NCBI RefSeq assembly: GCF_009914755.1
Contig: NC_060944.1
Length of the DNA: 64,000 nt
Source: the human T2T-CHM13v2.0 reference genome, Homo sapiens
Strand: one strand, 5' to 3'
The notes under the pieces are model-generated. The model saw only the letters and a program-made list of their open reading frames with translations, searched no databases and was not told the origin of the DNA. The position numbers were made by a program, and so were the translations under genes. This document shows, in pieces, positions 1-12,160 of this stretch (positions within the stretch are counted from its first letter, which is position 1; each line of letters opens with the position of its first letter).

Positions 1-3000
1 TTGTTAGAATCTTCAAGTGGATATTTGGATAGCTTTGAGGCTTTCATTGGAAACGGGAATATCTACACATAAGAACTAGACAGAAGCATTCTCAGAAAGT
101 TCTTTATGAAGTTCGCATTCAACTCACAGAGTTGTACCTTCCTTTTCACACAGCAGTTTTGAGACATTCTTTTTGTAGAATCTGCAAGTGGACATTTGGA
201 GTGATTTGAGACTTAGGGTGAAAAAGGGATATCTTCCCATAAAAAGTTGACAGAAGCATTCTCAGAAACGACTTTCTGATTTGTGTACTCAACTCACAGA
301 GTTAAACCTTTCCTTTGATACAGCAGTTTGGAAACACTCTTCTTGTAGAATTTGCAAGCGGATATAAGGACAGCAGTGAGGAATTCATCGGAAACGGAAT
401 ATCTTCACATAAAAGTAGACAGAAGCATTCTCAGAAAGTTCTTTGTAATGTGTGCATTCAACTCACAGAGTTGAAACTTTCTTTTGATAGAGCAGATTGG
501 AAGCCCTCTTTTTGTAGAATTTGCAAGTGGATATCTGGACAGCTTTGAGGCCTTCCCTGGAAACGAGTGTATCTTCACATAAACACTAGACAGAAGCATC
601 CTCAGAAACTTGTTGGTGATGCTTGCATTCAACTCACAGAATTGAACATTTCTTTTCCTAGAGCAGTTTTGAAACACTCTTTTTGTAGTATCTGGAAGTG
701 GACAGTTGGAGCACTTTGAGGCCTAGGGTGAAAAAGGAAATATCTTCACATAAAAACTAGACAGAAGCATTCTCTGAAACTTCTTGGTTATGTGTGTACT
801 CAACTCACAGAGTTGAACTTATCTTCTCATAGATCAGATTTGAAACCCTCTTTTTGTAGAGTCTGCAAGTGCATATTTGGATAGCTTTGAGGATTTCATT
901 GGAAACGGGAATATCTTCCCATAAAAACTAGAAAGAAGCATTCTCAGAAACTTCTTTGTGATGCTTGCATTCAACTCACTGAGTTGAACATTCGCTTTCA
1001 TACAGCAGTTTTCAAACACTCTTTTTGTAGTATCTGGAAGTGGACCTTTGGAGCGCTTTGAGGCCTAGGGTGAAAAAGGAAATATCCTCACCTAAAAACT
1101 AGACAGAAGCATTCTCAGAAACTTCTTTGTGATGTGTGTAGTCAACTCACAGAGTTGAACCTTTCTTTTGATACAGCACTTTTGAAACACTCTTTTTGTA
1201 GAATCTGCAAGTGGTTATTTTCATAGCTTTGAGGCTTTCATTGGAAACGGGAATATCTTCACAGAAAAACTAGACAGAAGCATTCTCAGAAACTTCTTTA
1301 TGAAGTTTGCATTCAACTCACAGAGTTGAAGTTTCCGTTCCATACAGCAGTTTTGAAACTCTCTTTTTCTAGGATCTGTAAGTGGAAACTTGGAGCGCTT
1401 CGAGGCCTATGGTGAAAAAGGGAATATCTTCCCATAAAAAGTAGACAGAAGAATTCTCAGTAACTACTTTGTGATGTATGTACTCAACTCACAGAGTTGA
1501 ACTTTTCTTTTGAAAGAGAAGTTTTGAAACACTCTTTTTGTAGAATCTGCAAATGGGTATTTAGCCTGCTTTGAGGCCTTCATTGGAAACGGGAATATCT
1601 TCACATAAAACTAGACAGAAGCATTCTCAGAAACTTCGTTGTGATGTGTGCATTCAACTCCCAGAGTTGAAGCTCTCTTTTGATAGAGCAGTTCTGAAAC
1701 AATCTTTTTGTGGTATCTGGAAGTGGACGTTTGGAGCGATTCGAGGCCTATGGTGAAAAAGGCAATATCTTCACCTAAAAATTCGACAGAAGCATTCTCA
1801 GAAACTGCTTTGTGATATGTGTAGTCAACTCACAGATTTGAAACTTGGTTTTGATGCAGCAGTTTTGAAACACTCTTTTTGTTAGAATCTTCAAGTGGAT
1901 ATTTGGATAGCTTTGAGGCTTTCATTGGAAACGGGAATATCTACACATAAGAACTAGACAGAAGCATTCTCAGAAAGTTCTTTATGAAGTTCGCATTCAA
2001 CTCACAGAGTTGTACCTTCCTTTTCACACAGCAGTTTTGAGACATTCTTTTTGTAGAATCTGCAAGTGGACATTTGGAGTGATTTGAGACTTAGGGTGAA
2101 AAAGGGATATCTTCCCATAAAAAGTTGACAGAAGCATTCTCAGAAACGACTTTCTGATTTGTGTACTCAACTCACAGAGTTAAACCTTTCCTTTGATACA
2201 GCAGTTTGGAAACACTCTTCTTGTAGAATTTGCAAGCGGATATAAGGACAGCAGTGAGGAATTCATCGGAAACGGAATATCTTCACATAAAAGTAGACAG
2301 AAGCATTCTCAGAAAGTTCTTTGTAATGTGTGCATTCAACTCACAGAGTTGAAACTTTCTTTTGATAGAGCAGACTGGAAGCCCTCTTTTTGTAGAATTT
2401 GCAAGTGGATATCTGGACAGCTTTGAGGCCTTCCCTGGAAACGAGTGTATCTTCACATAAACACTAGACAGAAGCATCCTCAGAAACTTGTTGGTGATGC
2501 TTGCATTCAACTCACAGAATTGAACATTACTTTTCCTAGAGCAGTTTTGAAACACTCTTTTTGTAGTATCTGGAAGTGGACAGTTGGAGCACTTTGAGGC
2601 CTAGGGTGAAAAAGGAAATATCTTCACATAAAAACTAGACAGAAGCATTCTCTGAAACTTCTTGGTTATGTGTGTACTCAACTCACAGAGTTGAACTTAT
2701 CTTCTCATAGATCAGATTTGAAACCCTCTTTTTGTAGAGTCTGCAAGTGCATATTTGGATAGCTTTCAGGATTTCATTGGAAACGGGAATATCTTCCCAT
2801 AAAAACTAGAAAGAAGCATTCTCAGAAACTTCTTTGTGATGCTTGCATTCAACTCACTGAGTTGAACATTCCCTTTCATACAGCAGTTTTCAAACACTCT
2901 TTTTGTAGTATCTGGAAGTGGACCTTTGGAGCGCTTTGAGGCCTAGGGTGAAAAAGGAAATATCCTCACCTAAAAACTAGACAGAAGCATTCTCAGAAAC

Positions 3001-6000
3001 TTCTTTGTGATGTGTGTAGTCAACTCACAGAGTTGAACCTTTCTTTTGATACAGCACTTTTGAAACACTCTTTTTGTAGAATCTGCAAGTGGTTATTTGG
3101 ATAGCTTTGAGGCTTTGATTGGAAACGGGAATATCTTCACAGAAAAACTAGACAGAAGCATTCTCAGAAACTTCTTTATGAAGTTTGCATTCAACTCACA
3201 GAGTTGAAGTTTCCGTTCCATACAGCAGTTTTGAAACTCTCTTTTTCTAGAATCTGTAAGTGGAAACTTGGAGCGCTTCGAGGCCTATGGTGAAAAAGGG
3301 AATATCTTCCCATAAAAAGTAGACAGAAGAATGCTCAGTAACTACTTTGTGATGTGTGTACTCAACTCACAGGGTTGAACTTTTCTTTTGAAAGAGAAGT
3401 TTTGAAACACTCTTTTTGTAGAATCTGCAAATGGGTATTTAGCCTGCTGTGAGGCCTTCATTGGAAACGGGAATATCTTCACATAAAACTAGACAGAAGC
3501 ATTCTCAGAAACTTCGTTGTGATGTGTGCATTCAACTCCCAGAGTTGAACCTCTCTTTTGATAGAGCAGTTCTGAAACAATCTTTTTGTGGTATCTGGAA
3601 GTGGACGTTTGGAGCGATTCGAGGCCTATGGTGAAAAAGGCAATATCTTCACTTAAAAATTAGACAGAAGCATTCTCAGAAACTGCTTTGTGATATGTGC
3701 AGTCAACTCACGGAGTTGAAACTTGGTTTTGATGCAGCAGTTTTGAAACACTCTTTTTGTTAGAATCTTCAAGTGGATATTTGGATAGCTTTGAGGCTTT
3801 CATTGGAAACGGGAATATCTACACATAAGAACTAGACAGAAGCATTCTCAGAAAGTTCTTTATGAAGTTCGCATTCAACTCACAGAGTTGTACCTTCCTT
3901 TTCACACAGCAGTTTTGAGACATTCTTTTTGTAGAATCTGCAAGTGGACATTTGGAGTGATTTGAGACATAGGGTGAAAAAGGGATATCTTCCCATAAAA
4001 AGTTGACAGAAGCATTCTCAGAAACGACTTTCTGATTTGTGTACTCAACTCACAGAGTTAAACCTTTCCTTTGATACAGCAGTTTGGAAACACTCTTCTT
4101 GTAGAATTTACAAGCGGATATAAGGACAGCAGTGAGGATTTCATCGGAAACGGAATATCTTCACATAAAAGTAGACAGAAGCATTCTCAGAAAGTTCTTT
4201 GTAATGTGTGCATTCAACTCACAGAGTTGAAACTTTCTTTTGATAGAGCAGATTGGAAGCCCTCTTTTTGTAGTATTTGCAAGTGGATATCTGGACAGCT
4301 TTGAGGCCTTCCCTGGAAACGAGTGTATCTTCACATAAACACTAGACAGAAGCATCCTCAGAAACTTGTTGGTGATGCTTGCATTCAACTCACAGAATTG
4401 AACATTTCTTTTCCTAGAGCAGTTTTGAAACACTCTTTTTGTAGTATCTGGAAGTGGACATTTGGAGCACTTTGAGGCCTAGGGTGAAAAACGAAATATC
4501 TTCACATAAAAACTAGACAGAAGCATTATCTGAAACTTCTTGGTGATGTGTGTACTCAACTCACAGAGTTGAACTTATCTTCTCATAGATCAGATTTGAA
4601 ACCCTCTTTTTGTAGAGTCTGCAAGTGCATATTTGGATAGCTTTGAGGATTTCATTGGAAACGGGAATATCTTCCCATAAAAACTAGAAAGAAGCATTCT
4701 CAGAAACTTCTTTGTGATGCTTGCATTCAACTCACTGAGTTGAACATTCCCTTTCATACAGCAGTTTTCGAACACTCTTTTTGTAGTATCTGGAAGTGGA
4801 CCTTTGGAGCGCTTTGAGGCCTAGGGTGAAAAAGGAAATATCCTCACCTAAAAACTAGACAGAAGCATTCTCAGAAACTTCTTTGTGATGTGTGCAGTCA
4901 ACTCACAGAGTTGAACCTTTCTTTTGATACAGCACTTTTGAAACACTCTTTTTGTAGAATCTGCAAGTGGTTATTTTCATAGCTTTGAGGCTTTCATTGG
5001 AAACGGGAATATCTTCACATAAAAACTAGACAGAAGCATTCTCAAAAACTTCTTTATGAAGTTTGCATTCAACTCACAGAGTTGAACTTTCCGTTCCATA
5101 CAGCTGTTTTGAAACTCTCTTTTTCTAGAATCTGTAAGTGGAAACTTGGAGCGCTTCGAGGCCTATGGTGAAAAAGGGAATATCTTCCCATAAAAAGTAG
5201 ACGGAAGAATTCTCAGTAACTACTTTGTGATGTGTGTACTCAACTCACAGAGTTGAACTTTTCTTTTGAAAGAGAAGTTTTGAAACACTCTTTTTGTAGA
5301 ATCTGCAAAGGGGTATTTAGCCTGCTTTGAGGCCTTCATTGGAAACGGGAATATCTTCACATAAAACTAGACAGAAGCATTCTCAGAAAATTCGTTGTGA
5401 TGTGTGCATTCAACTCCCAGAGTTGAACCTCTCTTTTGATAGAGCAGTTCTGAAACAATCTTTTTGTGGTATGTGGAAGTGGACGTTTGGAGCGATTCGA
5501 GGCCTATATTGAAAAAGGCAATATCTTCACCTAAAAACTAGACAGAAGCATTCTCAGAAACTGCTTTGTGATATGTGTAGTCAACTCACGGAGTTGAAAC
5601 TTTGTTTTGATGCAGCAGTTTTGAAACACTCTTTTTGTTAGAATCTTCAAGTGGATATTTGGATAGCTCTGAGGCTTTCATTGGAAACGGGAATATCTAC
5701 ACATAAGAACTAGACAGAAGCATTCTCAGAAAGTTCTTTATGAAGTTCGCATTCAACTCACAGAGTTGTACCCTCCTTTTCACACAGCAGTTTTGAGACA
5801 TTCTTTTTGTAGAATCTGCAAGTGGACATTTGGAGTGATTTGAGACATAGGGTGAAAAAGGAATATCTTCCCATAAAAAGTAGACAGAAGCATTCTCAGA
5901 AACGACTTTCTGATTTGTGTACTCAACTCACAGAGTTAAACCTTTCCTTTGATACAGCAGTTTGGAAACACTCTTCTTGTAGAATTTACAAGCGGATATA

Positions 6001-9000
6001 AGGACAGCAGTGAGGATTTCATCGGAAACGGAATATCTTCACATAAAAGTAGACAGAAGCATTCTCAGAAAATTCTTTGTAATGTGTGCATTCAACTCAC
6101 AGAGTTGAAACTTTCTTTTGATAGAGCAGACTGGAAGCCCTCTTTTTGTAGAATTTGCAAGTGGATATCTGGACAGCTTTGAGGCCTTCCCTGGAAACGA
6201 GTGTATCTTCACATAAACACTAGACAGAAGCATCCTCAGAAACTTGTTGGTGATGCTTGCATTCAACTCACAGAATTGAACATTTCTTTTCATGGAGCAG
6301 TTTTGAAACACTCTTTTTGTAGTATCTGGAAGTGGACATTTGGAGCACTTTGAGGCCTAGGGTGAAAAAGGAAATATCTTCACATAAAAACTAGACAGAA
6401 GCATTCTCTGAAACTTCTTTGTGATGTGTGTACTCAACTCACAGAGTTGAACTTTTCTTCTCATAGATCAGATTTGAAACCCTCTTTTTGTAGAGTCTGC
6501 AAGTGCATATTTGGATAGCTTTGAGGATTTCATTGGAAACGGGAATATCTTCCCATAAAAACTAGAAAGAAGCATTCTCAGAAACTTCTTTGTGATGCTT
6601 GCATTCAACTCACTGAGTTGAACATTCCCTTTCATACAGCAGTTTTGAAACACTCTTTTTGTAGTATCTGGAAGTGGACCTTTGGAGCGCTTTGAGGCCT
6701 AGGGTGAAAAAGGAAATATCCTCACCTAAAAACTAGACAGAAGCATTCTCAGAAACTTCTTTGTGATGTGTGTAGTCAACTCACAGAGTTGAACCTTTCT
6801 TTTGATACAGCAGTTTTGAAACACTCTTTTTGTAGAATCTGCAAGTGGTTATTTTGATAGCTTTGAGGCTTTCATTGGAAACGGGAATATCTTCACATAG
6901 AAACTAGACAGAAGCATTCTCAGAAACTTCTTTATGAAGTTTGCATTCAACTCACAGAGTTGAACTTTCCGTTCCATACAGCAGTTTTGAAACTCTCTTT
7001 TTCTAGAATCTGTAAGTGGAAACTTGGAGCGCTTCGAGGCCTATGGTGAAAAAGGGAATATCTTCCCATAGAAAGTAGACAGAAGAATGCTCAGTAACTA
7101 CTTTGTGATGTGTGTACTCAACTCACAGAGTTGAACTTTTCTTTTGAAAGAGAAGTTTTGAAACACTCTTTTTGTAGAATCTGCAAATGGGTATTTAGCC
7201 TGCTGTGAGGCCTTCATTGGAAACGGGAATATCTTCACATAAAACTAGACAGAAGCATTCTCAGAAACTTCGTTGTGATGTGTGCATTCAACTCCCAGAG
7301 TTGAAGCTCTGTTTTGATAGAGCAGTTCTGAAACAATCTTTTTGTGGTATCTGGAAGTGGACATTTGGAGCGATTCGAGGCCTATGGTGAAAAAGGCAAT
7401 ATCTTCACCTAAAAATTAGACAGAAGCATTCTCAGAAACTGCTTTGTGATATGTGTAGTCAACTCACGGAGTTGAAACTTGATTTTGGTGCAGCAGTTTT
7501 GAAACACTCTTTTTGTTAGAATCTTCAAGTTGATATTTGGATAGCTTTGAGGCTTTCATTGGAAACGGGAGTATCTACACATAAGAACTAGACAGAAGCA
7601 TTCTCAGAAAGTTCTTTATGAAGTTCGCATTCAACTCACAGAGTTGTACCTTCCTTTTCACACAGCAGTTTTGAGACATTCTTTTTGTAGGATCTGCAAG
7701 TGGACATTTGGAGTGATTTGAGACATAGGGTGAAAAAGGAATATCTTCCCATAAAAAGTAGACAGAAGCATTCTCAGAAACGACTTTCTGATTTGTGTAC
7801 TCAACTCACAGAGTTAAACCTTTCCTTTGATACAGCAGTTTGGAGACACTCTTCTTGTAGAATTTACAAGCGGATATAAGGACAGCAGTGAGGATTTCAT
7901 CAGAAACGGAATATCTTCACATAAATGTAGACAGAAGCATTCTCAGAAAGTTCTTTGTAATGTGTGCATTCAACTCACAGAGTTGAAACTTTCTTTTGAT
8001 AGAGCAGATTGGAAGCCCTCTTTTTGTAGAATTTGCAAGTGGATATCTGGACAGCTTTGAGGCCTTCCCTGGAAACGAGTGTATCTTCAGATAAACACTA
8101 GACAGAAGCATCCTCAGAAACTTGTTGGTGATGCTTGCATTCAACTCACAGAATTGAACATTTCTTTTCCTAGAGCAGTTTTGAAACACTCGTTTTGTAG
8201 TATCTGGAAGTGGAAGTTTGGAGCACTTTGAGGCCTAGGGTGAAAAAGGAAATATATTCATATAAAAACTAGACAGAATCATTCTCTGAAACTTCTTGGT
8301 TATGTGTGTACTCAACTCACAGAGTTGAACTTATCTTCTCATAGATCAGATTTGAAACCCTCTTTTTGTAGAGTCTGCAAGTGCATATTTGGATAGCTTT
8401 GAGGATTTCATTGGAAACGGGAATATCTTCCCATAAAAACCAGAAAGAAGCATTCTCAGAAACTTCTTTGTGATGCTTGCATTCAATTCACAGAGTTGAA
8501 CATTCCCTTTCATACAGCAGTTTTGAAACACTCTTTTTGTAGTATCTGGAAGTGGACCTTTGGAGCGCTTTGAGGCCTAGGGTGGAAAAGGAAATATCCT
8601 CACCTAAAAACTAGACAGAAGCATTCTCAGAAACTTCTTTGTGATGTGTGTAGTCAAGTCATAGAGTTGAACCTTTCTTTTGATACAGCACTTTTGAAAC
8701 ACTCTTTTTGTAGAATCTGCAAGTGGTTATTTTGATAGCTTTGAGGCTTTGATTGGAAACGGGAATATCTTCACATAAAAACTAGACAGAAGCATCCTCA
8801 GAAACTTCTTTATGAAGTTTGCATTCAACTCACAGAGTTGAACTTTCCGTTCCATACAGCAGTTTTGAAACTCTCTTTTTCTAGAATCTGTAAGTGGAAT
8901 CTTGGAGCGCTTCGAGGCCTATGGTGAAAAAGGGAATATCTTCCCATAAAAAGTAGACAGAAGAATTCTCAGTAACTACTTTGTGATGTGTGTACTCAAC

Positions 9001-9049
9001 TCACAGAGTTGAACTTTTTTTTGAAAGAGAAGTTTTGAAACACTCTTTT
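1..9049 (+). repeat. Alpha-satellite HOR array, 11-mer, 1878-bp period, ~4.8 copies (left end runs off window)
   Basis: ~171-bp monomers (gaagcattctcagaaa anchors at ~81, 251, 420, 591, 763, 934, 1104, 1275, 1446, 1616, 1787, then 1959 = 81+1878). Near-identical ORF-track entries recur every 1878 bp. Box-type order per HOR is B A B B A B A B A B A. Confidence 0.98.
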
Positions 9050-9505
9050 CGAAATTACATCTCTGCCAACACTTTTAGTTTGCTTGTTGAATAACTACAA
9101 GGTTTCCATTTAAATTAGTGGAATACATTATACCCATAAAATCCTGAAATACTTGGCAATACACACAACAAAATATTTTACAAATAGAGAATATAATAAA
9201 TGTATGACTCTTTAGAAATTCATTGAGATAAGTTTAAACAGTGTTTACTTTTAATTGGTGTGCTTTCTTTCTTCTCACAGTAATAAGCTGTGGTTTAGTT
9301 TATCGACTGAATACTCACTATGCAGTCCTTTGTAAAATTTTGGAGGTCCGCAGTAATGTGATTATTGAGCTTCAACAGAATACACAGAAGATACAAGGAA
9401 CCACAAACTAATCCATCCACTATGTAGTATCTAAAGTGTTTGCAAAAATAAAAACAAACGATAACAAATAAAGAAAACTGAACGACTGACTTGTAGCAAA
9501 GCTAT

Positions 9506-9550
9506 CAGGTTAGTGCAAAAGTAATTGTTGTTTTGGCATTGAAAGTAATG
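9506..9550 (+). mobile_element. MADE1 (Hsmar1 MITE) half element
   Basis: tcaggttagtgcaaaagtaattg resembles the MADE1 terminal repeat TTAGGTTGGTGCAAAAGTAATTG. Confidence 0.7.
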
Positions 9551-10014
9551 AAAGTAATTGAAAGAATAGGTATTCTAGTTGGCCATGCTACAATGCATGT
9601 CACAACCATGGATCAATTATGTATTGAAAACCCAAACCAACTGAGGATCACTGCTGTGCACTATTCCCATCTTGTCATAACGTGGCAAACTAAAACTAAG
9701 GACCTGTAACAAGGGATTTTCAGAGGGAAAGCAAACATTGGTTAAAGCAAAGAAAACTGGCAATTTTCAATTTGCTCAAATCAAACTATTCACATACTTT
9801 GTATGCTTCTCTACAAAATCCAGAACTTTTGATAGGATCACCCTTAAGTAAAACTCTAAAGTGAGCATATTCTGATCAATAGGCCTCAACTCCTTTTCCC
9901 TTCTGTATCACAGACCATGTGAGTGAATCCATCACATGACTTAATAAGATTTGGCCAGTTGGGAAAGGTCTCTTTAAAGAAGTAACACTCAGGCTGGGAT
10001 CCAGAGCAAAGCAC

Positions 10015-10160
10015 CGTAAACTTGAATGTGCATATGAACCACCTGGGGACTTTGTCAACATGCAGATTCTGATTCATTGAATCTAGGGTGGTGCCTGAGC
10101 TCTAGCAAGCTCCCAGGGATGCCTATGTGACTGCCTTGGACATCATTTACAGCAGCAAGA
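10015..10160. mobile_element. MER5A-like hAT-Charlie fragment
   Basis: aaccacctggggactttgtcaacatgcagattctgattc...caagctcccagggatgc matches the recalled MER5A core. Confidence 0.7.
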
Positions 10161-10249
10161 ATATAAGCAGATACCAGCCAACAAATCAGGAGTGAACACA
10201 TCACGGCCGAGGCAGCCCTGTACCAGGCCAGCTCAGGGATCTGAGAAAA

Positions 10250-11340
10250 GTGTAACTGGACTGAGGTCTATGAGTGCTTCCATGAGAGGTGAGGCTGAGA
10301 AGGTGGACAAGATCTAGGTCAATGTGTTAAATTCGTACTAAATGCAAGGCTAGGCTCTGCATAAACAGAAATAAATAAGGCAAACCTCGTCCTTGCATCT
10401 TTAGAGCTTGCAGACTAGCAGAATTATTTCGTGGATAGAAAATCATTAAAGATTTTTAAACGAAGGAGAGACATGATCTAATTGAAATTTTTGAAAAACC
10501 TCTCTGGGTGTGCCATAGAGAAGGTATTGGAGAGGCAAAAAGTTGGAAAGAGGAGTATATGTTTGCACGCCAGGTGAAAGATGCAGATGACAGAAGCGGA
10601 TAATTTTAGCACATATTTTGAAGGTGAAATAACAGTACTTGGTTGCAAGTTGTGATGGTAGGGGTTGTTGCAGGAAGAAGAAAGCATCAAGGATGATGAT
10701 GCTTTCTGGAAGAAGCAAATGGGTAAATGGAGATAATTTTTATGAAGAATGGTAAGGCTGAAAAAGAAATAAACTAACAAAAGAGAAATGATTGAGGAAG
10801 TGGCATAGATGTGGGGGCAGAACTCAAGAGTTTTGAAATCTGATTTTAGGAATGCCTGTGAAAATCCCAGGGGAGATTTCAAGATGGCAGGTGCACATAA
10901 TGTTTTGGAGCTTGGGAGGAGAGGTCTGTAGGAGTCATATGCATATAAATGGTATCTAAAGCCATAGTAATTAATAAAACCTTGTCTAGTGTCTGTGTAG
11001 GCAGTCTGTGTCCAATCTTTTGGCTTCCCTGGCTGCATTCGAATAAGAAGAATTGTCTTGGGCCACACATAAAATATACTGATATTAACAATAGCTGATG
11101 AGCTAAAAAAAATCATAAAATATCTTATAATGCATGAAGAATGTTTACAAATTTGTGTTGGGCTGCATTCAAAGCTGTCCTGGGCCACACATGGCCCACA
11201 GACCATGGGTTGGACAAGCCTAGTATGGAATAAGAACAGAAGAGGACCCAGGTTTTAGGAACTTCAACATTTAAAGTTTGGGCAAAGAGGGAGAAGCTGA
11301 TAAGAAAATAGTTCAAGCTAGAGGAAGAGGTCAGGGGTCT
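10250..11340. mobile_element. Degenerate L2 fragments (interrupted by MER30)
   Basis: L2-like motifs such as agcacatattttgaaggtgaaataacagtacttggt and ggaacttcaacatttaaagtttggg. Boundaries approximate. Confidence 0.55.
11002..11223 (+). mobile_element. MER30 DNA transposon
   Basis: gtccaatcttttggcttccctgg...gaattgtcttgggccacacataaaata...ttggacaagc. Confidence 0.85.
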
Positions 11341-11379
11341 ACCCTACTGAACGTTCCTGAGACCCCATTGGACTTATAT

Positions 11380-11505
11380 ATTACATAATATGTACAATAT
11401 ATGTTACTTGTGTGATGGATACCCTAATAGCTTTGAACTGACCACTATGCATGGAACAAAATTGCACATGTATCCCATAAATTTTATATAAACAAAAGTA
11501 AATAA
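11380..11505 (+). mobile_element. Old L1 3' end fragment
   Basis: gatggataccctaatagctttgaactgaccactatgcatggaacaaaattgcacatgtatcccataaattt followed by an A-rich tail. Confidence 0.65.
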
Positions 11506-11786
11506 ATAGAAGGAAGGAAGGGAGAAAGAGAGAGAATGAAGGAAGGAAAGAAGGAAGGAAGAGCGAGGAAAGGAAAGGAAAGAAGGAAGGGAGAGTGAGG
11601 AAAGGAAAGGAAGGGAAAGGAAAGGAAAGGGAAGGAAAGAATGAAGGGAGAGCGAGGAAAGGAAACGAAAGGGAGGGAAGGAAGGAAGGAAGGGAGAAAG
11701 GAAGAGGAAAGAAAGAAAGAGAGAGAGAAAGAGAGAGAAGAAAGAAAGAAAGAAAGAAAGAAAGGGAAAGAAAGAGAGAAAGAGGA
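11506..11786 (+). repeat. Polypurine (GGAA/GAAA/GA)n simple repeat
   Basis: ~280 bp that is almost exclusively G/A. Confidence 0.95.
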
Positions 11787-11821
11787 ATAGTGTTCATGAT
11801 GTTTAGGAATCACCAATTCTG

Positions 11822-12160
11822 GGGGTGCTGAATTGTGTCCCCCCAGATTCCTATGTTGAAGAGCTGATCCCCACTGCCTCAGAGGGACTGATTTAGAGAA
11901 GGCATTCAAAGAAGTAAGTGAGGTCAAATGAAGCCATATGGGTGGACCCTAAACCAATATGGCAGGTGTCCATGTAAAAAGAGTTTGAGACACAGGCAAC
12001 ACAGACTGAGGACACAGCAGGAAGAGAGGCATCTGCAAGGCAGCAGTTCTCAGAAGAAGGCAAACCTGCTGACATTCCATCCTGGATTTCCAGTCTTCAG
12101 AGCTGTGAGAAGATAAACCACTCAATCTGTGGCAGCTTGTGATGGAAGCCCCTAGCACTC
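11822..12160 (+). mobile_element. MLT1-type MaLR LTR
   Basis: gctgaattgtgtccccccagattcctatgttgaag...ttccagtcttcagagctgtgagaagataaa. Confidence 0.8.

Noticed and set aside
315-8531. Recurrent 61-90 aa ORFs in the satellite
   Set aside because: Chance frames repeated with the 1878-bp HOR period; no coding signature.
10478-11206. 242-aa minus-strand ORF
   Set aside because: Runs through L2 and MER30 relics; low-complexity and no recognisable domain.
11381-11927. Phe/Leu/Ser-rich and Arg/Lys/Glu-rich ORFs
   Set aside because: Translations of the GA-rich simple repeat.
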